Shown here: piece by piece, positions 11,721-24,449 of the stretch
Position numbering within the stretch: the stretch's first letter is position 1
How the letters are laid out: every line of letters begins with the position of its first letter
From: Octopus sinensis
Taxonomy: Eukaryota
DNA length: 64,000 nucleotides
Direction: 5' to 3'
NCBI RefSeq assembly: GCF_006345805.1
Contig: NC_042998.1
Coordinates: forward strand, 41,044,001-41,108,000
Program-made: the position numbers and the translations under genes
The notes under the pieces: generated by a model
The model's input: only the letters and a program-made list of their open reading frames with translations
The model's database searches: none
Told to the model about the DNA's origin: nothing

Positions 11721-12299
11721 AGAAGTCTAATGGTTGTGACTTGGAGCATTAAAATCCACCTCTGAACACAAGTAGTTTAAAAAATAAATATGCTCATGCA
11801 CGTACGAAAGATATACTTATCATCAGAACTTTTATTTCTAGTAACTGCTTTAGGATAGTAGTATATTGTTATTTAAACCTTTTGTTGGAAACAAATTTTC
11901 TGAGGGAATCCAACCTAAAGAAATGCATATTTGCAAATCTAGGAATATTGAAGATGTGCGTAAATAATGTGATTGTGATATAGTTTGAAAATTAAGATGA
12001 AAATTTTTTAAAAACCACTATGAAAGCTGAGTTTATATAGTCACACTTAAATAGATACAAATCTTATTATTATCATTAAGAATATTATAAAGGTGTGACA
12101 AGAAGCTGAGTTAATATTTTTTCCTTTTCTTTTTATCTGTATTATGGAAGAAGTATATTACCAACTGAGCTAGAGGCAAACAAAATATATCCAGTATATA
12201 AAATTCATATATTTTATTGTTACAATTAAAGGAAGTTTCTCACATTGTAACTTTTTGTCCCTTTTTAATGTCCAAAAAAGTTTTGTATTTGGTGAGAAG

Positions 12300-14900
12300 A
12301 TAATTCTACCCTTAATATAATCTTGTTGTAACTGATGTGTTTTCCTTATATTTTGAAACATGATAATAAACAAACAGCATTTAGATGTTTGTTTTTTGAT
12401 GCTAGCATTCTTTAATAATATATGTTACATACCATCTTTCACAAACCTCTGCCATTTTATATGTGAGACCCAACATTCTTAGGCTTGATGTATCTTTATT
12501 CATCTGAATCATAGAAGTTTTTTATAACATGTCCTCTCATTTGCATAATGAATATACATGTCTGTCCTGTCCGGTCTGCATGTATTAGGTAGTGCTTTTT
12601 ATACTTGGTAGCTTTTTTCTCACTTATACCCAATCATTTCTGTAAGTTAATGACCTGCACCCATGCTCAATCTACTCCAATTGCTGAAATTTCTATTCCA
12701 ATGTTCTTTACTTTTCTGTATCAGAGAGAAAAACCCTTTATTTCCAAAGCAATTACACTTCCCTAAGATCTTCCATCTCCTTTAAACCATAACAAACTTT
12801 GGTACTAGCTGTAGCTGCTACGTTAAATATCACCTAAATAATAGAATTTATGATTTGATCACTTTCTGATCTCCAGATAGTGACTGTTCGTACTGTTTCC
12901 TATTCTGGTACACTTAGATGTCTTATTTCATGTAAAACCTGCAGACAGTCCGTTACATCATGCAACTGAGCTTTTATGGCTTCAGCTACTGACTGAAAGC
13001 TTAGTTTTTCTGTATTCACTTTTACATTTTTTGTCTTCTCAAGAATTTGTTTTGAAATTCTTTGATTCTGCAATAAAAACTAATTTTCATAGTATAGAAG
13101 TTTTCATGACTATCCATTTCTGAATTTTATTTTGAAGAGACCAGTGTTTGAGTCTTGATCAACTCTTCCTCTCTAGCTATCTTTTCCATGGATTTTTACA
13201 TTAAACTGTATAGATCCTTGCTAAAGGCCTTCTCTTGAGTTAGCAAATGCAAGCCAGGAGTTATTTGCTCTTTACTAAGAACTATTTTTTTTATTGTTTT
13301 ATCAGAAATTTAGTATGTATGACTCCAGAGTCATGTGCAAACCTAAACTGCATTCTATTGAATTGCAGTCTCTCTTGCGTTAACTTTGATATGGTCTTTT
13401 CTACTACTTTTAAATTTGATTTATGGGGTGGGAGGGGGACAGTGTAAATTCTGTTGACTGGTGCTTCTTTATTTTTGTAGCAGTTGAGCATATTTCTGCC
13501 AAACTAGTTACAAGTAATAATACATCTCAAGGTGATTTAATTAGCTAAGCAAGTGGCTCCCATTCTGATACTTTAAATATCTCAGCAACTATGTTTAAAA
13601 GTTGGGCATTTCTCTTTCTTTTAATTCCTTTATGTTATTAATATTTTATCTGTGAATTGATATCTAATTTCTAGACCTGGCTGTAGAATATGCTATTCTT
13701 ATCCCATTCATTCATCTTACTTAGCAACCTGTCAATACCTTATTATTTGCACTAGAATGAGTAGTAAGAATATGCACATAATTCTGGATATATCTTGATT
13801 CATACTGAAACATTGCTTTACAGTTCATTTTATACCACTCATCACTCATGTTTCTCGTAGTACTAACAATGGAGAAATTGTTTTGGTTTTACTTCACTAT
13901 CTAATTTCTGATATAAACTGCTTCCTACAGTAGCAGAAATAGCCAGAGAAAAGTGTGTATAAAACACAAGAAGAGAATAAAGAAAAGATTGTGTGTAATG
14001 GTGTGTATTGAGGGTACCAAGAAGTGTTATTTAAGCAATACAAGGAAACATGAAGATCAGCTCCTTATAATAACCACTTTACACAATAAAAAGACATGGG
14101 AAGAAAGACAAATAGTTGAAAAAAATTGGAGTGGCCTTATAAACTAATATATAAGGGAACATTTATCCCATTTATTATGAAAATGGTGGTTTTATCTGTC
14201 TCTGTAAGAAATACAAGTGTACATATATTTCACTAGATATTCTTTGATACAATATTAATCTGAAGAGGAATCCCCTTAAAACTTGTAAAATTTTTACTGA
14301 ACTTTTTTCGAATGTTTATCATCCATGGCTTCTTTATAAGTAAAAAGTAATTACAATTTCATCATATCCTCTTCTCCTGTGTCATCAATTTGCTTGCTTT
14401 GTATGTGAGTATAGGATGGAATGAATACATCAGAAGAATAGTTTATTTCTATTTATCTTTCCTCTATATTTTTCACACTGTAAAGCATAAAGCTGTCTTA
14501 GACCAAATCTATCAATCAACATGTCTGTCTTGGTAACTATAAGTTTCAGCTTTCAAACTTCTTTCGTCTAATTTGTTGTATTCAAACCAACAAACGTCCT
14601 TTATGCATGCAATAATTAGTGGCTCTAATGTCTACAATTCTTGTTCTGCTATTTCTCAGTCTGCTTCTTAAGTTGGTATTGTTTATCTGTCAAATCATAC
14701 TTTTTGCCTCTTAAATCTTCTGCTATTTTGCTAGAATTCACTGCTATACATCATTACATCCCAGGCAGGCAAACATACTTCCTTGTTTTGCTTTCCAGTA
14801 TGTAGAATTCTTAATTCTTTCGGACAATATTAATTTAGATCAGGCAACAGACTTTATCTAACAAAATAGGAGTTTTCACAGAATGCTAACTTATGCAATA
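12300..14900 (-). mobile_element. Possible very old RLE-type (R2/R4/NeSL-like) non-LTR fossil
   Basis: Weak, ordered minus-strand motif remnants: NCRH..RTFVG (about 14600), LIKK..D/KGIPLQINIV (14240-14340), P.PIFFN (about 14130), EISAIGV..AW..LGISEKK (12600-12730). Confidence 0.35.
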
Positions 14901-16555
14901 TGTTATATATAATGTAGTTAACTAAAGAATTCACCTGAAATCTTGTTAATTATTTGTTATATTGGCAACTCAATATTATCATTATCATGGCTTTTTTTCT
15001 CTGTAGTCAATATAGCCAATGAAGGAGATGACTGCATGGCCTGCAAAAAATAGGAATGCTTTTGATGAAAGGCTTACTTGATCAAAGTTAACTTGGGACA
15101 AAACAATAACAATTATATATAGTTGTTTTTCTCATGTTATATAAGTGTAAAAGTGATCCAAATCAGTTGTTGGCATAAAAAAAATTGGTAGAACAAGCAT
15201 GCTTCCACCTTGTTAGCTATTACCTGAAGTCATCTTCCTTCATTTATGTTAGTTAATTCAGAGTTGTTGGACAAATGACTTGATCTGAGACCATGCATTG
15301 ATACTGAAGCAGTTACATTGTGAAAGAGCCATTTTAGCTATGTGGTGGCAGGGAAACAACTGTTATATTGATTTTTCATATATTTCTTGATGTGTCAGTG
15401 ACCAGGTCACATAACCACACCCTGGTCTCTGACAGTTCTACTGCAGCTGTTTGACACATAATTACTGGCAAGGTCTTATGGGCTTGGTTTTTTTTTATCT
15501 CTCTGTTGTTGAGGTTAGGCATATATTGGTTTGTTGTATAGATATTATTTGATCTCTTGACACTAGTTGTCATCAGTCTCTTTCAGGTTCCATTCTTTTG
15601 CCTGTTCACAAACTAATATGTATCATTATCACCATTCTGCAGGTCTTTCTTTCAGAATTACTTTATACTTATGCATAGTGGGTGGAGGTAAGTAAAAATA
15701 CAAAGCTATCATGGCAAATGAGGGAGAAAAAAGGTATAATAATATACACAAACTAGGGTCTAAAATGACGAAAGAATGAAGTTTGGAAGCTACTAACAAA
15801 TGATTGGTGTTAAGTGGTTAACCATTTATAAAAAACAACACTCCCTGAGGTCTGTAAGAACTTCCCAGTAAATAAGTTTCAACAGTATCAGTAGTTGCAG
15901 TAGTGATGAAAATTTTGATACCACAAGAAATGAAGAGGGATATAACAATTTTTGTGTGCTTTTAGATGGCTTAAATGAATCTTTCATGATGCAGTTGCTT
16001 AAATTAGCAATATTTTTAAGAAGGGCAAGAATATTATGCAATTTTATTTTCCCTGTTAGGTATCAAGCCAATGTAAGAAATTAATATTCACATGAAACTG
16101 AAAGGGACATTTATTCTAAATTAAAAATCCAGTTATCTTTATACAACAGCATAAAGGCGACAGGGCAAGGGCAAAATATATTCTCCACTTTTAAACATGT
16201 TTGACAGTATTGTCGGCAGCCAATACCATACAGTGGTTGTAGAATGAAAAACAAGACAAAAAAACTTTCAAATGGTGTAGTTTTTTTTCTTGTTACATAA
16301 TCTTAGGATAACTATTGGCTAGAATGAAACTAATAAATCCTGAATTTCAAAACTAATAGTGATAAATTTTAGATAAAAGAGCTGTTTTATACTTAAAATA
16401 AAAATGTTTTACAAATATTAAATCATTTTCTTTGCATTTTATTATATTAGGTTTATGCATTTTAAACTTTTGTTAGACAATTTTATTGAAAGACAAATAA
16501 AGTATTTAGTTAAGGTGATTTTTGCAACTATCATTGAATAATGGCATGTTTGTAG

Positions 16556-16717
16556 GCTCAAAACCGTGTAACACATTTGGAGCATTCTGCCCATAAGGCC
16601 CAGGAAACTGAACGGCAAATGCTTGAAATGTCTGAATGGATGACAGATATATCAAATCGTTTACAATCCCTGCTGGATGCTGATATACTTGCTGAGGACA
16701 GTCCTCGTGAATATGAG
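16556..16717 (+). CDS. DMD: Dystrophin exon 7 (162 nt)
   Basis: tgtag| AQNRVTHLEHSAHKAQETERQMLEMSEWMTDISNRLQSLLDADILAEDSPREYE |gtaaaa; AQETE as in dystrophin R10/R11. Confidence 0.93.
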
Positions 16718-17840
16718 GTAAAATATTGTTTTAAAATTTTAGATAATTATTATTTATCACACAAGGCATAGAGTAATCAGGCTGTTTTAGCTGTCCAAAA
16801 TTTATGCAGTGAAGTTTTGAAAAAAACAGTTAATTACAGATGAAAACCTGTTGGCTATGAAGACCAATTTGAATAGGGTTTAAAAATTCTCATAACAGAA
16901 ATATTTCAGAAGATGTTGGTTAATACTTTGAACTATTTGTTTTGGAGATAATAATGAATAGAAAATTAATCCTTTGTGAATGTAATTAATAGTTTTGTTT
17001 AAACTGGATTTTATATATTTCAAAAACGAAATTCAGTAACCAACAATAGGGAGGTAGATTTTCCTTTTGAACATGAGGAAAATACTTTATTTTTAAAAAG
17101 TCTGTAAAAGAATTGTTTTGCAGAAGTGAAAAAAAAATAGGAAGAACATGGTCTTCACTTTAAAAATATCAATATTTTATGATAACTGATAGAAGAAATA
17201 TAACAGAAGCATTAAATTAAATTTGAATTATGAATATTTGGTTCTTAATATAATATGGTTTGGAATTTGAGTATTATTAACTTTATGTAAAATGCATAGA
17301 ACAAATAGAATTCTGTTGAAGTACAAGTAAAATAAGCAGAGGCAGACCTGAGGTGAACACAGATTGTTGATTTATTGGTTGTATTGCAGTTAGGTAACAT
17401 TCAATACAGAAATTACTTGTATTTTTTTGATGATCATGAGGTTGAAAGAGTACTGTCTTCATTATAGGAGCATTATTCTATTGACTGTCAGATTGTGTTG
17501 AAATTTAATTTATCATCTTTTCTCTGAATAGGAAGTTCAAGTGTTCTGAATAACTTTTAGTATAGAGATAGCTTGACTTGAAGAATTTTGAATGAAACAG
17601 AATGTTGGTTTTATTGATTAACCGGCCTTTGATAATGTCATAAATCTAATAACTTTCCATTTGGGGTGGGGGTGGCAGGGTTATAAACTAATTTGCCTTC
17701 AGTTATCTATTCTTAAAGCACAGTTGATTATATATTTCTCAGTTGTATAAATAAGAAATCCTGTTGTAGTTTTATGCTGTAGTCAGTCAACAATCAAATA
17801 TTTAAACAAAATATATTAGTAACAACTGTTATTTATATAG

Positions 17841-17969
17841 ACACTGAAAGAAGAATTCCAGCAACAAAATGAGCTACTGCAACAGTTGGAAAAAAGAGCC
17901 CTTGAATTTGCAGAGTTGGGTCAGTTAGAAGCTAGCAGCAGATTAATGCAGAAAAAACAAATTTTAAAG
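17841..17969 (+). CDS. DMD: Dystrophin exon 8 (129 nt)
   Basis: tatatag| TLKEEFQQQNELLQQLEKRALEFAELGQLEASSRLMQKKQILK |gtaaat. Confidence 0.87.
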
Positions 17970-18409
17970 GTAAATTAAATTTCATTGTTTTATAAGTTTC
18001 TTTTCATTTTATGTGACTAACCTATAAAGATATTTAATCTTTCAAAACTTTTAGTTGATATAGGGACTGGGGTATTCTCATGCCATTATATTGAGGTTTT
18101 CTCATTTAATGATTCACATTGAATTGTTGAAGAGCATTTTAAGATTTATGAATGTGGAAGTCTCATAACTTTTGAAATTTGATTGAGTTTGAATTTTCAA
18201 ACTCTTATGCTAAATATTACTTGATGGTTAACTCACCTGATGCTATGTAACTGTTTAAATTTTTAAAAAATAGTTTTATGTAGCTGACAGGGGACAGGAC
18301 TCATGGTTATTGCAAGCCCCTAGTTTTGATTTATGAATATATGAATAAAATAATGTTTGGCACTCAGTCTTAGATAAAGACAGAAAATTATTCTAGCTTC
18401 ATACCTTTC

Positions 18410-18600
18410 ACCATCAACATTTATCATCCATTTTTCTTGCTTGCGTGGATTGTATGGTTTGACAGGATCCAATAATCTGCAGCGCTATTTCACTCCAAGC
18501 TCAGCTTTGGTATAGTTTTTACAGCTGGATGCCCTTCCTAATGCTAACCACTTTACAGTGTGTACTGGGTGCTTTTTTTCATGATGCCAATACTAGTGAG
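18410..18600 (-). mobile_element. RTE 3'-tail-type element
   Basis: tttacagctggatgcccttcctaatgctaaccactttacagtgtgtactgggtgc. Confidence 0.7.
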
Positions 18601-18789
18601 ATTGCCACTATATTATATACCATTAATGTAAGAAGTATAATTATAATGTTAAATCTGTTTCCTTGATACTCATTAAACTGAAAGCCATGGATCTGGGAAC
18701 ATTTTGCAGTTTGAACTGCTACATATCATTACTTTTTCTCTTTTTGTTCAACATGAATGCATGTAATATTTTATCAATTCTATATGAAT

Positions 18790-18945
18790 TAATAATATTT
18801 TATAATAGGATAATGAATTGGCAAAATTATTAATGTCGGACAAAATACTTTGCAGTATTTTTCTTGCTCTTTTTAAATTTCACTGAAGTCAACTTTGCCC
18901 TTGGTCTTTTGGGGTGGGAATGGGGTCGATAAAATAAAGTTCCTG
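18790..18945 (+). mobile_element. SINE family B, decayed
   Basis: gaattggcaaaatt...gaagtcaactttgccctt...ggggtcgataaaataaag. Confidence 0.55.
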
Positions 18946-20166
18946 TGTAAGGTTTAGAGGAATTATTTGAGAATTGAGCATAATACTTTTTGATATCTAT
19001 CTTGGTTGTATCTCATACTGAGTCCCACACAAGTGAGGTGAACTTCTCTGTACCTTAGATATAATCTTCATATTAATATCTCTTTTGATGAACATTCTGT
19101 AATTACCCTTGAGGTTTTTCTATGAAATGGCAGAGTGGAAGCATCGCTATTCGGGATTCTTTTTACTTTATTTATTTATTTATTCATTTGGATTTCGGAT
19201 CCAGCTAGCAAGTTCAGAGAATCTGTTAGCAAAAAGAGCAAAGCGAAAACGTACCATAATTATAGGCCAGGGATTAAAGGTTTCCAGAAAGAGAAGATTT
19301 ATTAATCAGATAAATAGTTTTCTTTCTGAATGCCAGTAGATATGAGATCTGGGCTTTATTCTGGAATGTATTTAAATCTTTGTAGCATTCACAACTACAT
19401 GAGGTTGGAGAATTTCTCTTTGGCAATGAATAGAAAACTATTTCCTTGGTGTCTTTGCAAAAATTAGTCTTACAAAAGATACCATCAGAGATGTTGAATG
19501 TGTGCATATGCATATTAGGTGAAGGGGTAATGTCTGTGACTTTTACAGGCCTTTACATTAGGTTTGAATATCTGTAGGTTGCTGTCTGCAGGAAAAAATA
19601 TAGTATAGGTGGGAAATTCCAAAGGATTGTATTTCTGGAGATAAAGATTTGAGTGAAGCATTTGATGGGTGAGACAACATACATATGTCAAAAGAGAAGA
19701 GGCAAGTGAATTGGGTAGACTTGGTACACAGTTTATCAGAAAAAGAGGAGTCATTGTAGCAACAACAGAAGAGATGATACAGTATCTTGGTCTGTAAGTT
19801 ATTGTTATATATTAGTGAATGAAGTATTGCTATTCAGTAGAATGGCCTATTTTTTAATGCAGCTAGAATTCTTTTTTTTTCTTTTTTTTTTTTAGCAGCT
19901 GCTCTTTTTCAGCAATATGAACATCATTTTAGTGTGTGGGGGGCACTTGTGCTTGTATCAAATCAGCAGCTGCTCAGGATTAGAATAATTTCTGTTCTTA
20001 AAGATAACAGATATCATTTGAGATCTACAATAAATATGTTCCTTTCACACTCTTAATTGGTTGTAGGAAGAGCATCCATCTCCAAAAGCAAATCTCACTA
20101 AATCAAATATATAGAACATGAATTTTCTTGATATTATTAATAATAATAATTATTATTATTATTAAA

Positions 20167-20340
20167 AAAGGCAGCGAACTGGTAAAATTGTTTGCATGTT
20201 GGTCTCTATTTGCTGAAGTTGGCTTTGCCTTTCATCCTTTGAGATAAGTACTATTTGAGCACTGAGGTTGGTATAATTAATCTGCCCCCTCTCCAAAATT
20301 TTGGGTCTTATGCCTATAGTAGAAAGGATTACTACTACTT
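20167..20340 (+). mobile_element. SINE family B
   Basis: aaggcagcgaactgg...ctttgcctttcatcctt...ccccctctccaaaattttgggtcttatgcctatagtagaaaggattactactac. Confidence 0.75.
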
Positions 20341-21349
20341 TATATTGCACAACTACTGCGCTATTAACAAGCAGTTTGTGATTCTTATGTTCAGTATAGT
20401 TTCAAAAGATACAAAAAGTATATTATTTGAAGTTTATAAAATTATAATCTGTTTCATAGAATGGTTTCTTTGGAAGAGATTTTCTTACAGCTAGTGGTAG
20501 TTTACTCCTTATTTTGGACTTCAAGTGTTTTGTACATAAATTTCCAAAACTGTTTCCTGTTGTTGCTGGTTCAATCTTGGGAACAAACTAAATGAGATAA
20601 GAAGGAGCTGTGAAGTAAATTCCTTTTTTTAAATCAAGACATTTTTGAAATTTCCTGATACTGTTTAAAATAGTGTGCACAACCTTTCTCAGAAATGGTC
20701 CACAAAATTCCTCCAGAAATATTCATGGACCACCAGCTACAAATTGACTTTCAATTGCATTAGGATATAAATGTTTTCAATCAAGAAATTAATTATGCAC
20801 TGTATAAGAAAGATGTAAATTTAATCTTGGTTGATTTAGATTTTAGATTGTCTTATTAATACAAATTAAAATAAAATTGTGGTTTCTCTGGTCATGATGT
20901 TTTCTGCCAAGACAAGTAGTAATTTTCAATCAGTTTATTAATCTCAGCCTTATAGTTCCTCATTCATTTATCTCTAGTTTGTTTCTTGTTTTTAGTAAAA
21001 AATATCAGCAACAGCAGAAAACTTTGCCACTGTAAATCATATGGCTGGAACTGAAATGATGCAAGGTTTAATAATTTGATTTATCAGTGGATTAGAATTA
21101 ATTATATCTGTGAACCCAAATACTCTGTCATTTTATACTTTTTTATCCAGTTTGGGCTTCCAAAACTTGGTATGGACCTCTGGTCCTCTTGAACCATACT
21201 GTGCATCTCTAGTCTAAAGGGGACAACTATGATAAACTTGTTAAGAATCTTAATCTGATCAACCAGATTCCTTGTGTATGAGACTAGGGAAACAGAAACT
21301 AGAAAAATGTGTTGTTTTATAGTTTATAAATGAAGAAAGTATTTTTGTT

Positions 21350-23850
21350 AAATGGTCATATGGCCAGAGATTTAGGGACATCCTAATTGTGAAATTTGAT
21401 GAGAGGGAGGAGGAGCTACAAACTTGTGACATAGAGGGCAACTGGGAATTTCTGTGAGATAGCTTGCTGAGTGCCACAGACCAAATCTGTGGTTGGTGCG
21501 AAGGCCTTCCAGACCTAGAGTAATGTGGCGGTGGAACACTACTGTAGACAGGGCCACTAGAGCAAAGAAACAGGCCTGAAAGAGTGAGGGCAGCAGGGAA
21601 CAGTATCAGACAGCCAGAAGGGAAGTTAGGAGACAGGTATATCTAGCCAAGGGAGAAGCAGAAAAGAAGTTTGCATATGTTCAGCATTGTGGGGACCAAA
21701 GAACTGAAGTATTTCGGATTGCAAGACTGTATGAGAGAAAATTGTGATGTCATAGGAGAGAAATGTGTCTGCATGGATGATGGTGATTCTGCAAAGAAAG
21801 AGGCTTGGAGATGCCATTATGACAGACTGCTGAATGTGGAAAATGAATGGGAGGAGGAGAGTCTGTCAAATGTTGACTCTGTCGACAGACCAGCTACATG
21901 AATTGACAGTAACCTGGTAGATAAAGCAATTAAGGATATGAAGACAGGGAAAGCCTCTGGCCCATCAAGAATCAGTGCTGAGATGCTTAAAATATCTGGT
22001 CATGTGGGTTATGGTCTAGTCACCTGTATTGTAAATCAGATGGTTCATGAAGAAGTCATACCTAATGACTGGTGTAGTAGCACCATAGTCAACTTCTACA
22101 AAGGTAAAGGTGATACTTTAGATAGAAATAATTACAGAGGTATCAAACTGTTGGATCAGGTGATGAAAGTTATGGAGAGAGAGTCATAGACCAAATAATT
22201 AGGGAGAGAGTTAGTCTAGATGAGATGCAGTTTGGTTTTGTGCCAGATAGAAGCACCAATGATGCTATATTTCTGGTAAGGCAACTGCTAGAGAAATACC
22301 TAGCCAAAGATAAACCTCTGTACGTTGCTTTTGTTGACTTAGAGAAAGTTTTTGACAGGATCCTCTGATCCATTATGTGGTGGTCAATGCAGAAACTAGG
22401 GATAGACAAGTGGTTGGTGAGAGCCATACAAGCCCTGGTCAGGGACGCTACCAGTAAGTTGAAGGTGGGCAATGTATACAGCGAAGAATTCAGAGTACAA
22501 GTAGGGGTTCACCAAGGATTGGTGCTCAGCCCCCTCTTATTCATCATAGTCCTCCAGGCAATAACAGAGGAATTCAAGACAGGCTGACCCTGGGAGCTCC
22601 TCTATGCTGATGATCTTGCTCTTGTTGCTGAATCACCATCTGAACTAGAGAAGTTCCAGGTATGGAAGCAAGGTCTAGAATCGAAGGGTTATAGAGTTAA
22701 CCTAGCTAAAACTAAGGTCTTAGCAAGTAGGAATGCAGACACATCACAAATCCCTTCAGGTAGATGGTCCTGCTCAATCTGTAGAAAAGGTGTAAGTAGA
22801 AACTCCATAAGATGCACCCAGTGTAAACTTTGGGCGCATAAAAAGTGCAGCAACATCAGAGGAAGGTTAACAGGGAGGGTGCACAGGTACAGTAAACATT
22901 GACAATGTGCAGAAAATAGACTCCATCAACTGGCAGGCTAGAGATAGTAGATAGCTTCCGTTATCTAGGTGACCAAGTTAGTAGGGAGGTCGATGCTCCA
23001 AGAGCACAGCTGTGAGAATAAGATTAGGCTGGGCAAAGTTCAGAGAGCTCTTAGCCCTGCTGGAAACAAAGGACCTCAGTGTGCCTGTTCTACAGAGTGT
23101 AAGCATCTTGAGAGAAAAATTAGGCATAAGAGGAATCAGATGTGGTGTGTAAGAGAGATGACTGCACTAGTATGGCCCTGTGGTGCATATGGATGAAGAC
23201 AGCTGTGTAACAAAGTGCCGATCTCTAACTGTGGAAGGAACCCAAGGTAGAGGTAGATCCAGGGAAACATGGGACCAGGTGGTGAAGCAAGATCTTTGAA
23301 TTTTGAGCCTTTCAGAGGCAATGACTGGTGACCAAGACCTTTGGTGATGTGCTTGAGAGGACCCATCAAGCCAAGTGCACTCATGCTGGTGGCATGTAAA
23401 GAGCATCTTTTGAACATTAGGCTTCATGGAGGCAAAGTGGCTGAGTTCCTTTTGAGTGTTGGGCCTCATGGAGGCAAAGTGGCTGAGTTCCCTTTGAGCG
23501 TTGGGCCTCACAGAGGCAATGATTAAGACCTTTGGCATTATGTCATGCTTTAGAAGACCCATAAAGCCAAAGAAAATTGCAGTCGTGGCAGATAGTGTCA
23601 TGCAAATTGGCACCCATGCTGATGGCATGTAAACACACCCGGTGTCATGCAAAGTGTACCCATGCCAGTGACACATTAAAGCACCCATTACACTCTTGGA
23701 GTGGTTGGCATTAAGAAGGGCATCCAGCCATAGAAAACTATGCCAAATCAGACTGGAGTCTGGTGCAGCCTTCTAATATGCCAGTGCAGTCAAACCATCC
23801 AACACATGCCAGCATGGACAACAGACATTAAATGATGATGATGATGATGA
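21350..23850 (+). mobile_element. 5'-truncated RTE-clade LINE with pseudogenised RT and 3' UTR
   Basis: GKASGPSRISAEML, YKGKGD..NYRGIKLL, QFGFVPDRST.DAIF, AFVDLEKVFD, GVHQGLVLSPLLF, LLYADD; stops, frameshifts and internal deletions; ends in (gat)n at about 23833-23850. Confidence 0.92.
23420..23520. repeat. 42-bp tandem repeat (about 2.4 copies) in the RTE 3' region
   Basis: Units begin at 23420, 23462 and 23504 (ggcctcatggaggcaaagtggctgagttcc...). Confidence 0.9.
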
Positions 23851-24449
23851 TATAGAAGCATTCATGGTTGGTGGAAACTGTTCATTTTTTATCTTTCAAT
23901 AACATCTCAGAACACAGTGATTGATATTCAACATATTAGTGTGTATTTTTGTGTGGATCAATTTATTGCATAGTTTTCTTCTCTGATTTCTGGCTTTACT
24001 TTTATCTTCATTCAGTAAGGATTTTCTTTTGTGCAATCAGTGTATAAGTATTTATGTTTTAATTTACCTTCCATAGAAACTTGTGATGCAAGGTAAAAAA
24101 TTATTAGAGAAATTTAAATTATTTAGTCTTGTCATATAATTCGATGCATATAATTGTTTATCCATATGTTTGCAGTTGTGAACATTAATATATTTTGAGT
24201 GATGTGAAGGGTTTCTGTTGTGTAGTATTTTAAAGTATTTTGCTATGGTCAATGTTAATTGCATGTCTTTTTCTATATCATTCACTGAGATGTTATTTTT
24301 TTAAAACAACATTTATTAGTCATACATTATGAGAATAAGGAAGGTTCTATATGCTCGCGGAACACATGCTAGAAATAGCTGCCAAATTTCCCTCTACTTT
24401 CTTAAATGGAAGAACAGTTTGAATAATGCAGTCTCAAAAAAAAAAAATT

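Noticed and set aside
11790-11830. Second CUGAUGA motif on the minus strand with a short stem
   Set aside because: The GAAA core reads GUAC and the stems are weak; at best a dead hammerhead relic
20970-21070. Polypyrimidine tract + AG followed by a possible donor
   Set aside because: Stop codons in all three frames
23167-23688. Longest ORF in the track (173 aa, minus strand) with internal peptide repeats
   Set aside because: It is antisense to the RTE 3' end, and the peptide repeats come from the 42-bp tandem; there is no sign of an independent gene
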